Shown: positions 30,305 to 39,625, counted from the first letter of the whole stretch. The stretch is 61,076 nucleotides of DNA, filler included, from 6 parts of 6 records of this genome joined end to end with filler, not necessarily neighbours in it, one strand, 5' to 3'. The notes: generated by a model not told the origin, from the letters alone. Numbers and translations are program-made.

Positions 30305-31055
30305 AGCCACGGTCGTTTCCTTTGAAGAGTATGTTTTCAAGCCGTTCAACCAGGTTCAGGAACAGCACGGCGAAAAGAATGATCGAGAAGATGGCCGCAT
30401 ACATGCTGGGGTAATCGGCAATCGAGCGGCTGTAGGTGATGATGTCGCCAACCCCGGTCGGCGTGATCTTCAGCTCCGCCAGAATGGCGCCGATGAAACC
30501 CGCTGAAATACCGAGACGCAGGCCCGAAAAGATGACCGGCGATGCCGCCGGGATAATCACCTTCAGGAGGATCTGGTCTTCACGGGCAAGGAAGGAGCGT
30601 CCCATTTCCTGCAGGGACGACGGCGTGTTGCGGACCGCGCCCCCTGTATTCAGCACGATCACGGGCATCGCCATGATGCAGACCACGAACACTTTCGAGG
30701 TCAGGCCAACCCCGTAGGCCATCACGAGCAGGGGAATCAACGCCGCCAGGGGCGCCGCCTGCATGACGATAAAGATCGGCGAGAAGAGCCAGTCGAAACG
30801 TGCGCTCAGCCCGACCCAAAGCCCGATCCCGATACCGAAGACGGCGGAAATCGATATCCCGACCGCAAGCGGCTGAAGCGTCTCCGCATAAGCGCGGAGC
30901 ATGGTGCCGTCGAGTGTCAGGGTAACCAGCGCCGACATGGTGTCGAGGAATGTCGGAAAAGAATAGCTGACCGGGATCCGGCCCGCGATTTCCCAGGCGC
31001 CGAAGACAAGCACGGCGGACAGCACTTTCAGAGAGAGTGAGCGATAGCCGGTCAT
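30291..31055 (-). CDS. NitT/TauT family ABC transporter permease
   Basis: EMGRSF.A.....L.KVIIPAASP.IFSGLRLG motif; TM segments. Confidence 0.9.
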   Translation of the reverse strand: MTGYRSLSLKVLSAVLVFGAWEIAGRIPVSYSFPTFLDTMSALVTLTLDGTMLRAYAETLQPLAVGISISAVFGIGIGLWVGLSARFDWLFSPIFIVMQAAPLAALIPLLVMAYGVGLTSKVFVVCIMAMPVIVLNTGGAVRNTPSSLQEMGRSFLAREDQILLKVIIPAASPVIFSGLRLGISAGFIGAILAELKITPTGVGDIITYSRSIADYPSMYAAIFSIILFAVLFLNLVERLENILFKGNDRGYVSD

Positions 31056-31084
31056 GGCCGCTCCCGATGATTTGAGCAAAAAGC

Positions 31085-31115
31085 GCGGCCGCCGGGATCA
31101 CTGCCCGGCGGCCGC
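31085..31115. other. GC-rich intercistronic hairpin after substrate-binding gene
   Basis: GCGGCCGCCGGG-atcactg-CCCGGCGGCCGC perfect 12-bp stem. Confidence 0.75.
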
Positions 31116-31124
31116 AGGCAGAGG

Positions 31125-32099
31125 CTAGTTTGACGCGTCGTCGAGCGGCTTCAGGTACCAGAAGTCTTCGATCTTCAATGACGCGAGATCGCCGGTAAGC
31201 TGCCCCGCAGCCGAGTACCATTCCATGTCCGCCTGTGCGGCTTTGCGGCCGCCGCCGTTCGGGTCATAAAGACCGCCCGCCACGGCATCCGTGTAGAACC
31301 CGTCGAGACTGTCCAGAATCTCTTTCGGCAGCTGTCCGATAGGCCCGTCCGGATTGGTTTCCCGGCTGATGACGGTCGGGTCCTTGTGCATGTCCCGCCA
31401 GACGCTGAGCAGCGCTTTCACGAAGATATCGACGTCCTTTTCGTTCGCCTTGATCCAGTCAAGGTTACCAAACAGGGCCTCGTCACTGGCATCGACCTCG
31501 AACATCGGCAGCACGTTGAACTTGTCGCCCTGCAGTTTCATCAGCTTGTTCTTGTTCGAGAGATCGACGATCGTCGCATCCGTCTGACCAGCGATCAGCG
31601 CCGCAATCCGGTTCGACGAGCCGGGCACGTAAGAGCGCTTGCCGAATTTGATGTCCAGCTTGTCCTCGATGACATTTGCAATCGAATCCGTCCCGCCGCC
31701 ACGGGAGTGCAGCATGATCGGCTCGCCATTCAGATCCTCAAGCTTGCTGTATTTCTTCGAGGTGACCGGGAAGAACTTCAGCTTGGAGAGCTGGAAGACG
31801 ATGCGGATCGGCGCCCGCGAGCGCTGCATGGCTGCATAGGGCGTTCCGAAGCCGATATCCATCTGGCCACTGAGAACGGCCTGAATAGCCAGCTCCTCGT
31901 CCGAGAAGGCTGTCCACTCGTAATCGAGACCGTTTGCCTTGGCCCGCTCGAGGGCGACGAAGAATGCCGCGAGCTCATCAGAGGGTGTTTCGGCAAGGGC
32001 GATACGGATCTTGTCCGCCCGGGCAGACGAGACCGTCATCATGGTGATGAACGGAACGGCGAGGCAGAACGCAAGCGCCGCTTTCAGAATTTTATTCAT
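31125..32099 (-). CDS. NitT/TauT (NMT1/SsuA-like) ABC transporter substrate-binding protein
   Basis: Signal peptide; AIQAVLSGQMDI and R.AAL.AGQ.DAT motifs; SD GGAGGA; heads the ABC operon. Confidence 0.88.
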   Translation of the reverse strand: MNKILKAALAFCLAVPFITMMTVSSARADKIRIALAETPSDELAAFFVALERAKANGLDYEWTAFSDEELAIQAVLSGQMDIGFGTPYAAMQRSRAPIRIVFQLSKLKFFPVTSKKYSKLEDLNGEPIMLHSRGGGTDSIANVIEDKLDIKFGKRSYVPGSSNRIAALIAGQTDATIVDLSNKNKLMKLQGDKFNVLPMFEVDASDEALFGNLDWIKANEKDVDIFVKALLSVWRDMHKDPTVISRETNPDGPIGQLPKEILDSLDGFYTDAVAGGLYDPNGGGRKAAQADMEWYSAAGQLTGDLASLKIEDFWYLKPLDDASN

Positions 32100-32208
32100 T
32101 GTTTCCTCCCTTTGTTCACTTTCGGGCCTTTAGTCACTTTCGGACGCGGTTCCCGTGGCTGGGGGTTTTCCCCTCTTCGCCGCAAACAGACCTTCTTAGG
32201 TTAAGCGG

Positions 32209-32898
32209 TCAGTCCTCCCCGAAAAGACGCGCGGAAACGGAGGCGATATGCTGCCGCATCGCCGCTTCCGCACCAGATGGATCCCGCGACTCTATGGCCG
32301 CCGTAATCCGCTCATGCTCGGTAAAACTGGAATGGTTTTCAGGCGGGCGCTCCGAGCCGCGCACGACATTGCCGAGCGCCACGGCCCGGCGCACCTGATT
32401 GAGCTGGTCAAACATGCCGATCAGCAATGGGTTATCCGTACATTCGACGATAGCCCGATGCAGGTGATCGTCTTCCGCCTCATAGTCGGCCCAGTTTGAA
32501 GCCTGCCGCGCCCGGTCTTTTGCCGTATTGATCATCAGGATCGATTCTCGCGAAGCATTGATCGCCGCCTCGCGGGCAATCGCGGGCTCAATACAAAGCC
32601 GTGCCCGGATCATCTTCACCGGCGTCATCTGACGTCCGAGTTCGAGAAGACTGCCGGGGCCGCCCGGGCCACCCTGACTGGCGATGAACGTGCCCTTGCC
32701 GACATGCCGCCAGATGGTTCCGTCACGTTCCAGAACGTCCAGAGCCTTGCGCAAAGTCGCCCGGCTCACATCGAGACTCACGATCAGTTCGCGCTCGGCC
32801 GGGAGCCGGTCACCCGGGACATAGCCGCCATCAGAGATAAAGTTCCGCAGGGCCGATACCGGGCTTTCCCGCTCAGGAGACTCAACTCTTTTCAGCAC
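32209..32898 (-). CDS. FadR/GntR family transcriptional regulator
   Basis: PGDRLPAEREL...L.VSRATLRKAL..LE..G...R..GKGTF winged HTH; FCD domain (D..LH..I....N, EH..I..AI). Confidence 0.93.
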   Translation of the reverse strand: MLKRVESPERESPVSALRNFISDGGYVPGDRLPAERELIVSLDVSRATLRKALDVLERDGTIWRHVGKGTFIASQGGPGGPGSLLELGRQMTPVKMIRARLCIEPAIAREAAINASRESILMINTAKDRARQASNWADYEAEDDHLHRAIVECTDNPLLIGMFDQLNQVRRAVALGNVVRGSERPPENHSSFTEHERITAAIESRDPSGAEAAMRQHIASVSARLFGED

Positions 32899-32910
32899 GC
32901 CAACACCTCA

Positions 32911-32926
32911 AATTGGTTGACCAATT
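32911..32926. promoter_or_regulatory. FadR-type operator AATTGGT-TG-ACCAATT
   Basis: 7-bp perfect inverted repeat 12 bp upstream of the regulator start, in a divergent intergenic region; extra ATTGGTT half-sites nearby. Confidence 0.75.
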
Positions 32927-33065
32927 TACGCATATTGGTTCGAATATGGCAGAACATCGTATTAAACGGAAGAAAATTGGCCTTACTTTTAGATTGGTTG
33001 AGATTGATTTTTCTCCGAGACCAGCTTAAGTCAGCCTTTATCCCGACAGCACAACGGAGGTTTGC

Positions 33066-33752
33066 GTGCACGATTACGTCATAGAAACACCCCGGCAGGT
33101 CGCCATACCGGTCGCCGGCTCAAGCGCGCTTTTCCCCGTGCGCCGCGTTTATTGCATTGGTCGCAATTATGCAGCTCACGCGGTCGAGATGGGGCATGAC
33201 CCCGACCGCGAAGCACCGTTTTTCTTCCAGAAAAACCCGGACAATCTCGATCCCTCGGGCGAGTTTCCCTACCCGCCGGAATCGTCCGACGTTCACCATG
33301 AGATGGAAATGCTCGTGGCGCTGAAGTCAGGCGGCACGGATATCGCGATCGAAGACGCGCTTGATCATGTCTATGGCTACGGCCTGTCCCTCGACATGAC
33401 GCGCCGGGACCTGCAGGGCGAGCAGAAGAAAATGGGCCGCCCCTGGGAAATCGGCAAGGCGTTCGAACGCTCCGCTCCGGTTGGCCCGGTGCATCCGGTG
33501 GAGAAGGTCGGGCACCTCGACCAGGGCCGCGTGGCACTGAGCATCAATGGCGAATTGCGCCAGGAAGGCGACCTCAACCAGATGATCTGGAAGGTTCCCG
33601 AAATGATCTCCTACCTGTCGCGCTTCTTCGAGCTCGCCGCCGGAGACGTCATCCTGTCCGGAACACCCTCGGGCGTTGGCCCGGTTTCCAAGGGAGACGT
33701 GATGGAAGCGAGCGTGGACGGGCTCGGCAGCATGGCCGTAAAGGTCGTCTAA
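33066..33752 (+). CDS. Fumarylacetoacetate hydrolase family protein (FAHD1/NagK-like)
   Basis: RRVYCIGRNYAAHA.EMG, PFFFQK, HHEME, DMTRRD.Q and GDVI.SGTP.GVG motifs. Confidence 0.93.
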   Translation: MHDYVIETPRQVAIPVAGSSALFPVRRVYCIGRNYAAHAVEMGHDPDREAPFFFQKNPDNLDPSGEFPYPPESSDVHHEMEMLVALKSGGTDIAIEDALDHVYGYGLSLDMTRRDLQGEQKKMGRPWEIGKAFERSAPVGPVHPVEKVGHLDQGRVALSINGELRQEGDLNQMIWKVPEMISYLSRFFELAAGDVILSGTPSGVGPVSKGDVMEASVDGLGSMAVKVV

Positions 33753-33765
33753 CCAAAATCAACCA

Positions 33766-33798
33766 CGGAGCCGTGTCAAAACACGGCTCCGCTCTTCC
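33766..33798 (+). terminator. Terminator-like hairpin
   Basis: CGGAGCCGTGT-caaa-ACACGGCTCCG 11-bp stem directly after the FAH gene; weak U-tail. Confidence 0.6.
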
Positions 33799-33873
33799 CG
33801 GACCTCCGGCATTCCAGCCAGCACGATAATGCGATCTCCGCCCGGCGCGTGGCAGGTCCCTGCTGTAGTTTGC

Positions 33874-33903
33874 TTGACGAAATTGTATACAATTCAATAA
33901 GAT
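33874..33903 (+). promoter_or_regulatory. Sigma70 promoter with AATTGTATACAATT operator in the spacer
   Basis: TTGACG 33874-33879, palindrome 33881-33894, TAAGAT 33898-33903. Confidence 0.72.
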
Positions 33904-33987
33904 TCAAACAACACGACCGAGATGCGCGACGTATCCAAGAGCGCGACACTTGGCACAACATCATGCCGGCCCGGGGGAAACACCAAG

Positions 33988-35649
33988 ATGACCGCGAAAA
34001 AAACCTACCAAATCCTGGCGGAAGCCTTCCGTCAGGAAGAGGTGGATACCTGCTTTGCCCTGCTCGGCGATGCAAACATGAACTGGGCCACGTATTTTGC
34101 CGAGCTGGGGGCGGATTTCGTCTATGTCCGGCACGAGCATTGCGCGGTTGCGGCGGCCATGTCCTACGCCCGCGCGCTGGACAAGGTCGGGGTCGCCACG
34201 GTCACTTGCGGGCCGGGCCTGACGCAAATCATGACCGCCCTGCCCGCCGCCGTGCGGGCGCATATCCCGCTCGTCGTTTTCGCCGGCGAGTCCCCGTTAC
34301 GCAACAACTGGTACAATCAGGAGCTGGATCAGGCCCCCTTCGTTACCGCCTGCGGCGCGGCCTATCATGCCCTGCATCACCCCGACCGCATGCTGCGTCA
34401 GGTCCGGGATGCTTTCGTGCAAGCACGGGAAGAAATGCGCCCGGTTGTACTCGGCGTTCCGTTCGATCTGCAAAACAAGGACTGGACCGGCGCGAACGAG
34501 CTGCCAGCGCCATCACGTGACATCCTGCCGAAAATGCGCCCGATGCCGCCACATCCCGACGATGTAGCCGAAGCTGCCACGCTGATTGCCGGAGCAAAGA
34601 AGCCGATCATCATGGCCGGGCTCGGCGCCGTCCGCTCGGCTGGCGCGGGTGAGGCCTGCCGGGCTCTCGCCGAGAAATGCGGCGGCCTGCTCGCGACCAC
34701 CCTGCCGGCACGCGGTCTGTTCCACAACGACCCGTTCAACCTCAGCATCGCGGGAGGGTTTTCGAGCGACTTCACCCGGGAATGTTTTGCCGAAGCCGAT
34801 CTGATTATCGCGATCGGCACCAGCCTGGCGCACCATAATGCCGATGGCGGCAAGCTCTACGGTCACGCGCATGTCCTGCAGATCGACACCAATCCCGCCG
34901 CCCTCAGCCAGGGCCGGGTTCCGGCGGATACGTATCTGCGCGGCGATGCCGCCCTCGCCGCCCAAGCGCTGGCCGTCGCGCTGGAGCCGCGCCCGGAGGA
35001 TACCGGTAACTGGCGCAACCCCGCACGTGCCAAGCGTATCAAGGATACCCCGCCGGACAGCTCCGACTTCCGGGCAGAACAGGGTCTGCTCGACCCGCGC
35101 GACGTGGCCTCGGCACTGGACGATGCCCTGCCGATAAACTGGGAAGCCGTGAACTCCTCCGGCCATTGCTCATATTTCTTCGCCCAGATGCCGAAACGGC
35201 CGGTTGAGCGCTTCCACACCATCCGCGAGTTCGGCGCCATCGGAAACGGCATCTCCTTCGCCATCGGCGTCGCCGCGGCCAAGCCAGACGAGACAGTCGT
35301 GATGTTCGATGGCGACGGCAGCCTGCTGATGCATATCCAGGAGCTGGAGACCATCCGCAGACACGGCATGAAGGTGCTAATCTGCGTGCTGAACGACGGC
35401 GCCTATGGCTCCGAGATCCACAAATTGCGCTCGGAAGGTCTGTCGGACGCCGGAGCGGTCTTTGGCCGGCCGGATCTGGCGGGGATCGCAAAAGGCTTTG
35501 GGCTGGACGGCGAGACCGTCAGCGATCTCTCCCAGTTGCCCGATCTGGTCAAAAGATTCAGCGCATCGGACCGCGGCGCCGTCTGGGATTTTCACATCTC
35601 GGACCAGATACTCTCTCCCGTGATGCAGAGAGCGCACCCCCGCACCTAG
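33988..35649 (+). CDS. Thiamine-diphosphate-dependent enzyme (acetolactate synthase-like family)
   Basis: VRHEH.A, TVTCGPG.T and ThDP motif GDGS...N; start set at ATG 33988. Confidence 0.9.
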   Translation: MTAKKTYQILAEAFRQEEVDTCFALLGDANMNWATYFAELGADFVYVRHEHCAVAAAMSYARALDKVGVATVTCGPGLTQIMTALPAAVRAHIPLVVFAGESPLRNNWYNQELDQAPFVTACGAAYHALHHPDRMLRQVRDAFVQAREEMRPVVLGVPFDLQNKDWTGANELPAPSRDILPKMRPMPPHPDDVAEAATLIAGAKKPIIMAGLGAVRSAGAGEACRALAEKCGGLLATTLPARGLFHNDPFNLSIAGGFSSDFTRECFAEADLIIAIGTSLAHHNADGGKLYGHAHVLQIDTNPAALSQGRVPADTYLRGDAALAAQALAVALEPRPEDTGNWRNPARAKRIKDTPPDSSDFRAEQGLLDPRDVASALDDALPINWEAVNSSGHCSYFFAQMPKRPVERFHTIREFGAIGNGISFAIGVAAAKPDETVVMFDGDGSLLMHIQELETIRRHGMKVLICVLNDGAYGSEIHKLRSEGLSDAGAVFGRPDLAGIAKGFGLDGETVSDLSQLPDLVKRFSASDRGAVWDFHISDQILSPVMQRAHPRT

Positions 35650-35873
35650 CAGGGTACGACACCCGCCCCTCCAAGATATATTGATTTTACAGGGAAATTC
35701 TTACTTCCTCGATCTAAGTACCTAATTTCTGCGGATTTTGGGCGGCTTTGATTGCTCTCACCGGCAGTCTCAGTTAAAATGCATTTACCTTAAAGGTAGT
35801 AAATTCGACTGCCGTGCTCAGAAGAGCACGAACATAGGCGCGTCACTGCACAAAGCCAGAATGGGGATAAGTG

Positions 35874-36806
35874 ATGAGCAAGGGATCGTTGCACGATTCA
35901 GATTCCTGTTTGCGTACAGAGACTACGCCTGCAGAACCAAGCTCCGGCGATAGGCTGGACGAGCGATTGACGGATTCTCGTCAAAAACCCAGAGTTTCGT
36001 CAGGCCAAGGCTTCGACACCCTGACCTCGGCCCTGAAAGACTGGGCAGAAGGTCCCTTTCACCTTGACGAACAACGCCAGCTGCCAGCCAACAAGACACC
36101 AACCTCGCAAGCACTCAACACCATCGAATTCGAGATATTCAAAATCACCGAGATGGCCCGGCGATGGATCGTCGAGAACGGCCTCTCGCCCTATAAACTC
36201 GCACTGACCACAGGGACATCCCCAAGCCAGGTCCATCGCATCATGGAGCCCGGCTGGACACCCTCGCTGAAACTTGCACGGCGCATCGCCTCGTCCCTGC
36301 CCGATGACTGGGTCAGCATGTTCGAGCGCGACTGCAATGCCTGCTTGCCGCGTATTTTCCATCTGCACCCTTCACCGGACAACTCCTCCGATCCGGTCAC
36401 GCGTCTGCTTCATGCCATGACCGGCACCGATACAGTGCACATCCTGGACACTTTGGTGGAGGACAAATGGAGCGTTCGTCATCACGCGTATGTTTCCCGC
36501 GCAGAGACGGAAATGTTCATGGCGAATCACACAACTTCCGGCCTTATCGAAACCGATTATGCGCCACCGCTTCCGCGCATGAGCTGGTCCGCCGATGCAA
36601 AGGAGCCGAAAACTCCGAACTGCGCGTTACTCCTTCACCGGGTTCCGCTCAAGGTGGGTGAGAAGCTGAAGCTCTATACGATCCATATCGCCGAATATTC
36701 CGGGAAGAACTGGGCGACCCAATTCTGGAAAGTCGATACCAGCAAGGATCTGACCAGCCTGCGGCAGTTGGATATTCTGAAAGCCTATCTGGCCGAGAAA
36801 GCCTGA
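35874..36806 (+). CDS. Hypothetical protein with central XRE-like helix-turn-helix
   Basis: 310-aa ORF; GLSPYKLALTTGTSPSQVHRIMEPGWTPSLKLARRIA is HTH-like; start uncertain. Confidence 0.6.
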   Translation: MSKGSLHDSDSCLRTETTPAEPSSGDRLDERLTDSRQKPRVSSGQGFDTLTSALKDWAEGPFHLDEQRQLPANKTPTSQALNTIEFEIFKITEMARRWIVENGLSPYKLALTTGTSPSQVHRIMEPGWTPSLKLARRIASSLPDDWVSMFERDCNACLPRIFHLHPSPDNSSDPVTRLLHAMTGTDTVHILDTLVEDKWSVRHHAYVSRAETEMFMANHTTSGLIETDYAPPLPRMSWSADAKEPKTPNCALLLHRVPLKVGEKLKLYTIHIAEYSGKNWATQFWKVDTSKDLTSLRQLDILKAYLAEKA

Positions 36807-37285
36807 CCCGGTCCCTGTTTTGCCGGACGGCCAGCGATATAGGTCTCCACGACAGCACGATCGTCTCCGAGGGTCTGCAGGACGAAAAGCTCTTCCTGCA
36901 GACTTTCCACCGTCTCCATACGCAACGCCATGACATCCGTCGCGCGGCTGTTCAGCACTGTGATATCGGCGTCCGTATCCGGCTCCAGTGTGCCGATCCG
37001 GTCTTCCAGCGTGAGCGCACGAGCATTGCCAAGGCTGGCCCAGTAGAAGCTGCGCAGCGGGTCGATATTCTGGCCGCGCAATTGCAGCGCCTTGTAGCCC
37101 TCATCCAGGGTCCGCAGCATGGAATAGTTCGTGCCGCCGCCGACATCCGTGGCGATGGCCCGCCGGACGCCTGCTTCCTTCAGCCCCGCCTCGTCATAGA
37201 GACCACTGCCGAGGAACAGGTTGGAGGTCGGGCAATAGACCGCGACCGAGCCGGTCTCCGCCATCCGGTCCCGCTCCCGGTGGGT
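36785..37285 (-). CDS. guaD: Guanine deaminase (3' part; 5' end beyond contig)
   Basis: CPTSNLFLGSGL, ATDVGGGT..SML, LF.L.TLGDDRAV.ETYIAG. Confidence 0.92.
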   Translation of the reverse strand, partial: THRERDRMAETGSVAVYCPTSNLFLGSGLYDEAGLKEAGVRRAIATDVGGGTNYSMLRTLDEGYKALQLRGQNIDPLRSFYWASLGNARALTLEDRIGTLEPDTDADITVLNSRATDVMALRMETVESLQEELFVLQTLGDDRAVVETYIAGRPAKQGPGQAFSAR

Positions 37286-37385
37286 NNNNNNNNNNNNNNN
37301 NNNNNNNNNNNNNNNNNNNNNNNNNNNNNTTAATTAATTAANNNNNNNNNNNNNNNNNNNNNNNNNNNNNNNNNNNNNNNNNNNN
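37286..37385. other. Artificial contig spacer
   Basis: N-run with TTAATTAATTAA. Confidence 0.99.
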
Positions 37386-37494
37386 AGGGTGATGAAGAGT
37401 GATGAAGGGTGATGAGCGCGAGCATCGAGAGCGTTCCCTGTACCAGGCTCTCTGTTATGCTGAAGGCGAGAAACGGGTAATCGACGGAGCCGAC

Positions 37495-38871
37495 ATGACG
37501 CAGAGCGAACAGGCGCAGAAAACAGAACTGCTGGCCGAGTTGGAGGCGACCCGCCAACGGACCTTTGAACTGGTGGACTCCCTCAGTGATGAGCAGCTTG
37601 AGGTGCCCTACCACCTGGGCGTGAACCCGCCACTTTGGGAAATGGGGCACGCGAGCTTTTTCTACGAAGTGTTCGTTTTTAACCTTCTGGATGGAACCCC
37701 GAGCTACGATCCGTCCATGGATGACCTGTGGGATTCGTTTCACATTGATCATGGAGACCGTTGGAGTCGCAAACTCTTCCCCGGCCGTGAGCAAACCCTT
37801 CAGTATTTCAACACCATCTACGATCGTGTTGCGTCGCGCATCGCACAGCAACCACTGACCGACGAGGCCCTGTACCTCTATCGCTACGCCATTTATCACC
37901 AGCACATGCACATTGAGTCGATGACGTGGTGTCGGCAGACGGTTGCCCTGCCTGCTCCCCCCGGCATTGTTGGCGCCTTGCCAGAACGTGTGGAGCCTCT
38001 GCCCGGCGATGCACTCATCCCCGGCGGTCGCTACCAGATTGGAATGCCGGGCGAGTCTGACTGCTACGCCACCACCGACTTTGCCTTTGATGGGGAAAAG
38101 CCGCGTTTCGAAACCACGGTGGAGCCGTTTGCAATTTCCCGCACCCTTGTTTCCAACCGCGATTTCCTGGCGTTCGTTGAGGATGATGGCTACCGGCGAC
38201 CTGAACTCTGGTCTTTCGGAGGACGCAAGTGGTTGAGTACCGAGACCGATACTGCCCTGGTGCATGGCAGCTCCCAGCCAATGTTGCGGGAGCCCAGGCA
38301 TCTACTTTACTGGCGCTGGCACGAGGGCGAATGGCAGGAGCGTGTGTTTGACCGCTGGCAGGCCCTGAATCTGGATGCGCCTGTCGTCCACGTCAGCTAT
38401 TGGGAGGCCGAGGCCTATTGCCAGTGGGCCGGCCGCCGCTTGCCAACAGAAGTGGAGTGGGAGGCTGCGGCACTGGGTAACCGGATTGGCGAGGATTTTC
38501 GTCGTTTTCCCTGGGGGAATGAACGCCCAACACCCGACCATGCGGATCTCGACGCCACCCACATGGCGCAGCAGCCGGTGTGGGATTATCCGGCGGGTGA
38601 TAGCCGCTCCGGCTGTCGCCAGATGATCGGCAGTGTCTGGGAATGGACCAGCAGTCAGTTTCTTCCCTACGACGGATTCAGGGTCGATATGTACCCCTTT
38701 ATGTCTACCTTGCAGTTCGGTGATCACAAGGTGACCCGGGGTGGTGGGTGTGCGACATCCTCATGCCTGATCCGGGGCACTTACAGGCAAGCCTATCTGC
38801 CCCTTCGCAACGACGTGTACACCGGGTTTCGCACCTGTGCGCTGTCGGATTCGGCTTCTGGTACACGCTGA
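37495..38871 (+). CDS. SenA/EgtB-family non-heme iron sulfoxide/selenoxide synthase (DinB + FGE-sulfatase domains); probable ovoselenol synthase OvsA
   Basis: NPPLWEMGH and HQHMHIE iron-ligand motifs; FAFD.EKP, PVVHVSYWEAEAYC.WAGRRLPTE.EWE, G.VWEWT and GFRTC; ATG 37495 follows GGAG. Confidence 0.85.
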   Translation: MTQSEQAQKTELLAELEATRQRTFELVDSLSDEQLEVPYHLGVNPPLWEMGHASFFYEVFVFNLLDGTPSYDPSMDDLWDSFHIDHGDRWSRKLFPGREQTLQYFNTIYDRVASRIAQQPLTDEALYLYRYAIYHQHMHIESMTWCRQTVALPAPPGIVGALPERVEPLPGDALIPGGRYQIGMPGESDCYATTDFAFDGEKPRFETTVEPFAISRTLVSNRDFLAFVEDDGYRRPELWSFGGRKWLSTETDTALVHGSSQPMLREPRHLLYWRWHEGEWQERVFDRWQALNLDAPVVHVSYWEAEAYCQWAGRRLPTEVEWEAAALGNRIGEDFRRFPWGNERPTPDHADLDATHMAQQPVWDYPAGDSRSGCRQMIGSVWEWTSSQFLPYDGFRVDMYPFMSTLQFGDHKVTRGGGCATSSCLIRGTYRQAYLPLRNDVYTGFRTCALSDSASGTR

Positions 38872-38881
38872 GGATCTTGAT

Positions 38882-39625
38882 ATGAATGTCTATGAAACCG
38901 ACGAACTACTCGGGCAGTACCTGGGGTTCCATTTTGGTGAAAGCCATTTCGGAGTGGGAAATTATCCCGCCCGCTGCGCCGGTATCTGCCAGGAGTTGAT
39001 GGCAGGCCGGGATAAACGACGAGCGCTTGATCTTGGGTGCGCGGTGGGCCGAACCGCCTTTGAGCTTGGCCGGGTCTTTGACCATGTGGTGGGAGTGGAC
39101 CTTTCCCGCCGGTTTATCGATGCGGCGACTACCCTGCAGAAGACCGGAGAGATCGATTACTTCCGCCGCGACGAAGGGGAACTTGGCGAACGCGTAACGG
39201 TGAGCCTGAATGCCCTGGGGCTCGACCGGGCGACGGAAAAAGTATCGTTTGCCACCGGCGACGCCAGCAACCTGGGGCCGGAACATGTGGATTATGACCT
39301 GGTCTTCGCGGGCAACCTGATTGACCGTCTTCAGGATCCGGGCGCCTTCCTGGAAAGCATCCATAGACGCCTGGCTCTGGGCGGCACTCTGGTGATCAGC
39401 TCGCCCTATACCTTGATGGATGAATTCACCCCGATTGCCAACTGGATTGGCGGATACGAACGCAATGGCCAGCCCTATACGGTCTATCAGGGTATGAAAG
39501 AGATACTCTCGCACCATTTTGAAGAGATACAGCCGCCCAGGGATGTGCCGTTTGTCATCCGGGAAACCCGCCGTAAATTTCAGCACACCATTGCGGAGCT
39601 CAGTGCCTGGCGTCGAACCCGGTGA
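38882..39625 (+). CDS. OvoA-type 4-mercaptohistidine N-methyltransferase (stand-alone; probable OvsM)
   Basis: N.YETD.L..QY..FH.G, RALDLGCAVGR..FEL, NLIDRL..P, SPYT and VPFVIRET.RKFQHT match the OvoA C-terminal methyltransferase domain. Confidence 0.88.
   Translation: MNVYETDELLGQYLGFHFGESHFGVGNYPARCAGICQELMAGRDKRRALDLGCAVGRTAFELGRVFDHVVGVDLSRRFIDAATTLQKTGEIDYFRRDEGELGERVTVSLNALGLDRATEKVSFATGDASNLGPEHVDYDLVFAGNLIDRLQDPGAFLESIHRRLALGGTLVISSPYTLMDEFTPIANWIGGYERNGQPYTVYQGMKEILSHHFEEIQPPRDVPFVIRETRRKFQHTIAELSAWRRTR

Noticed and set aside
35670-35700. IHF/att-like ATATATTGATTTTACAGG segment
   Set aside because: Imperfect consensus match, and no integrase, tRNA or direct repeat nearby
37386-37416. 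Tandem GATGAAG(A/G)GT repeat and 32-aa N-terminal extension of the synthase
   Set aside because: Only ~3 imperfect 10-bp units at a contig edge; the ATG at 37495 has a proper SD; the upstream TGAs show no evidence of selenocysteine recoding
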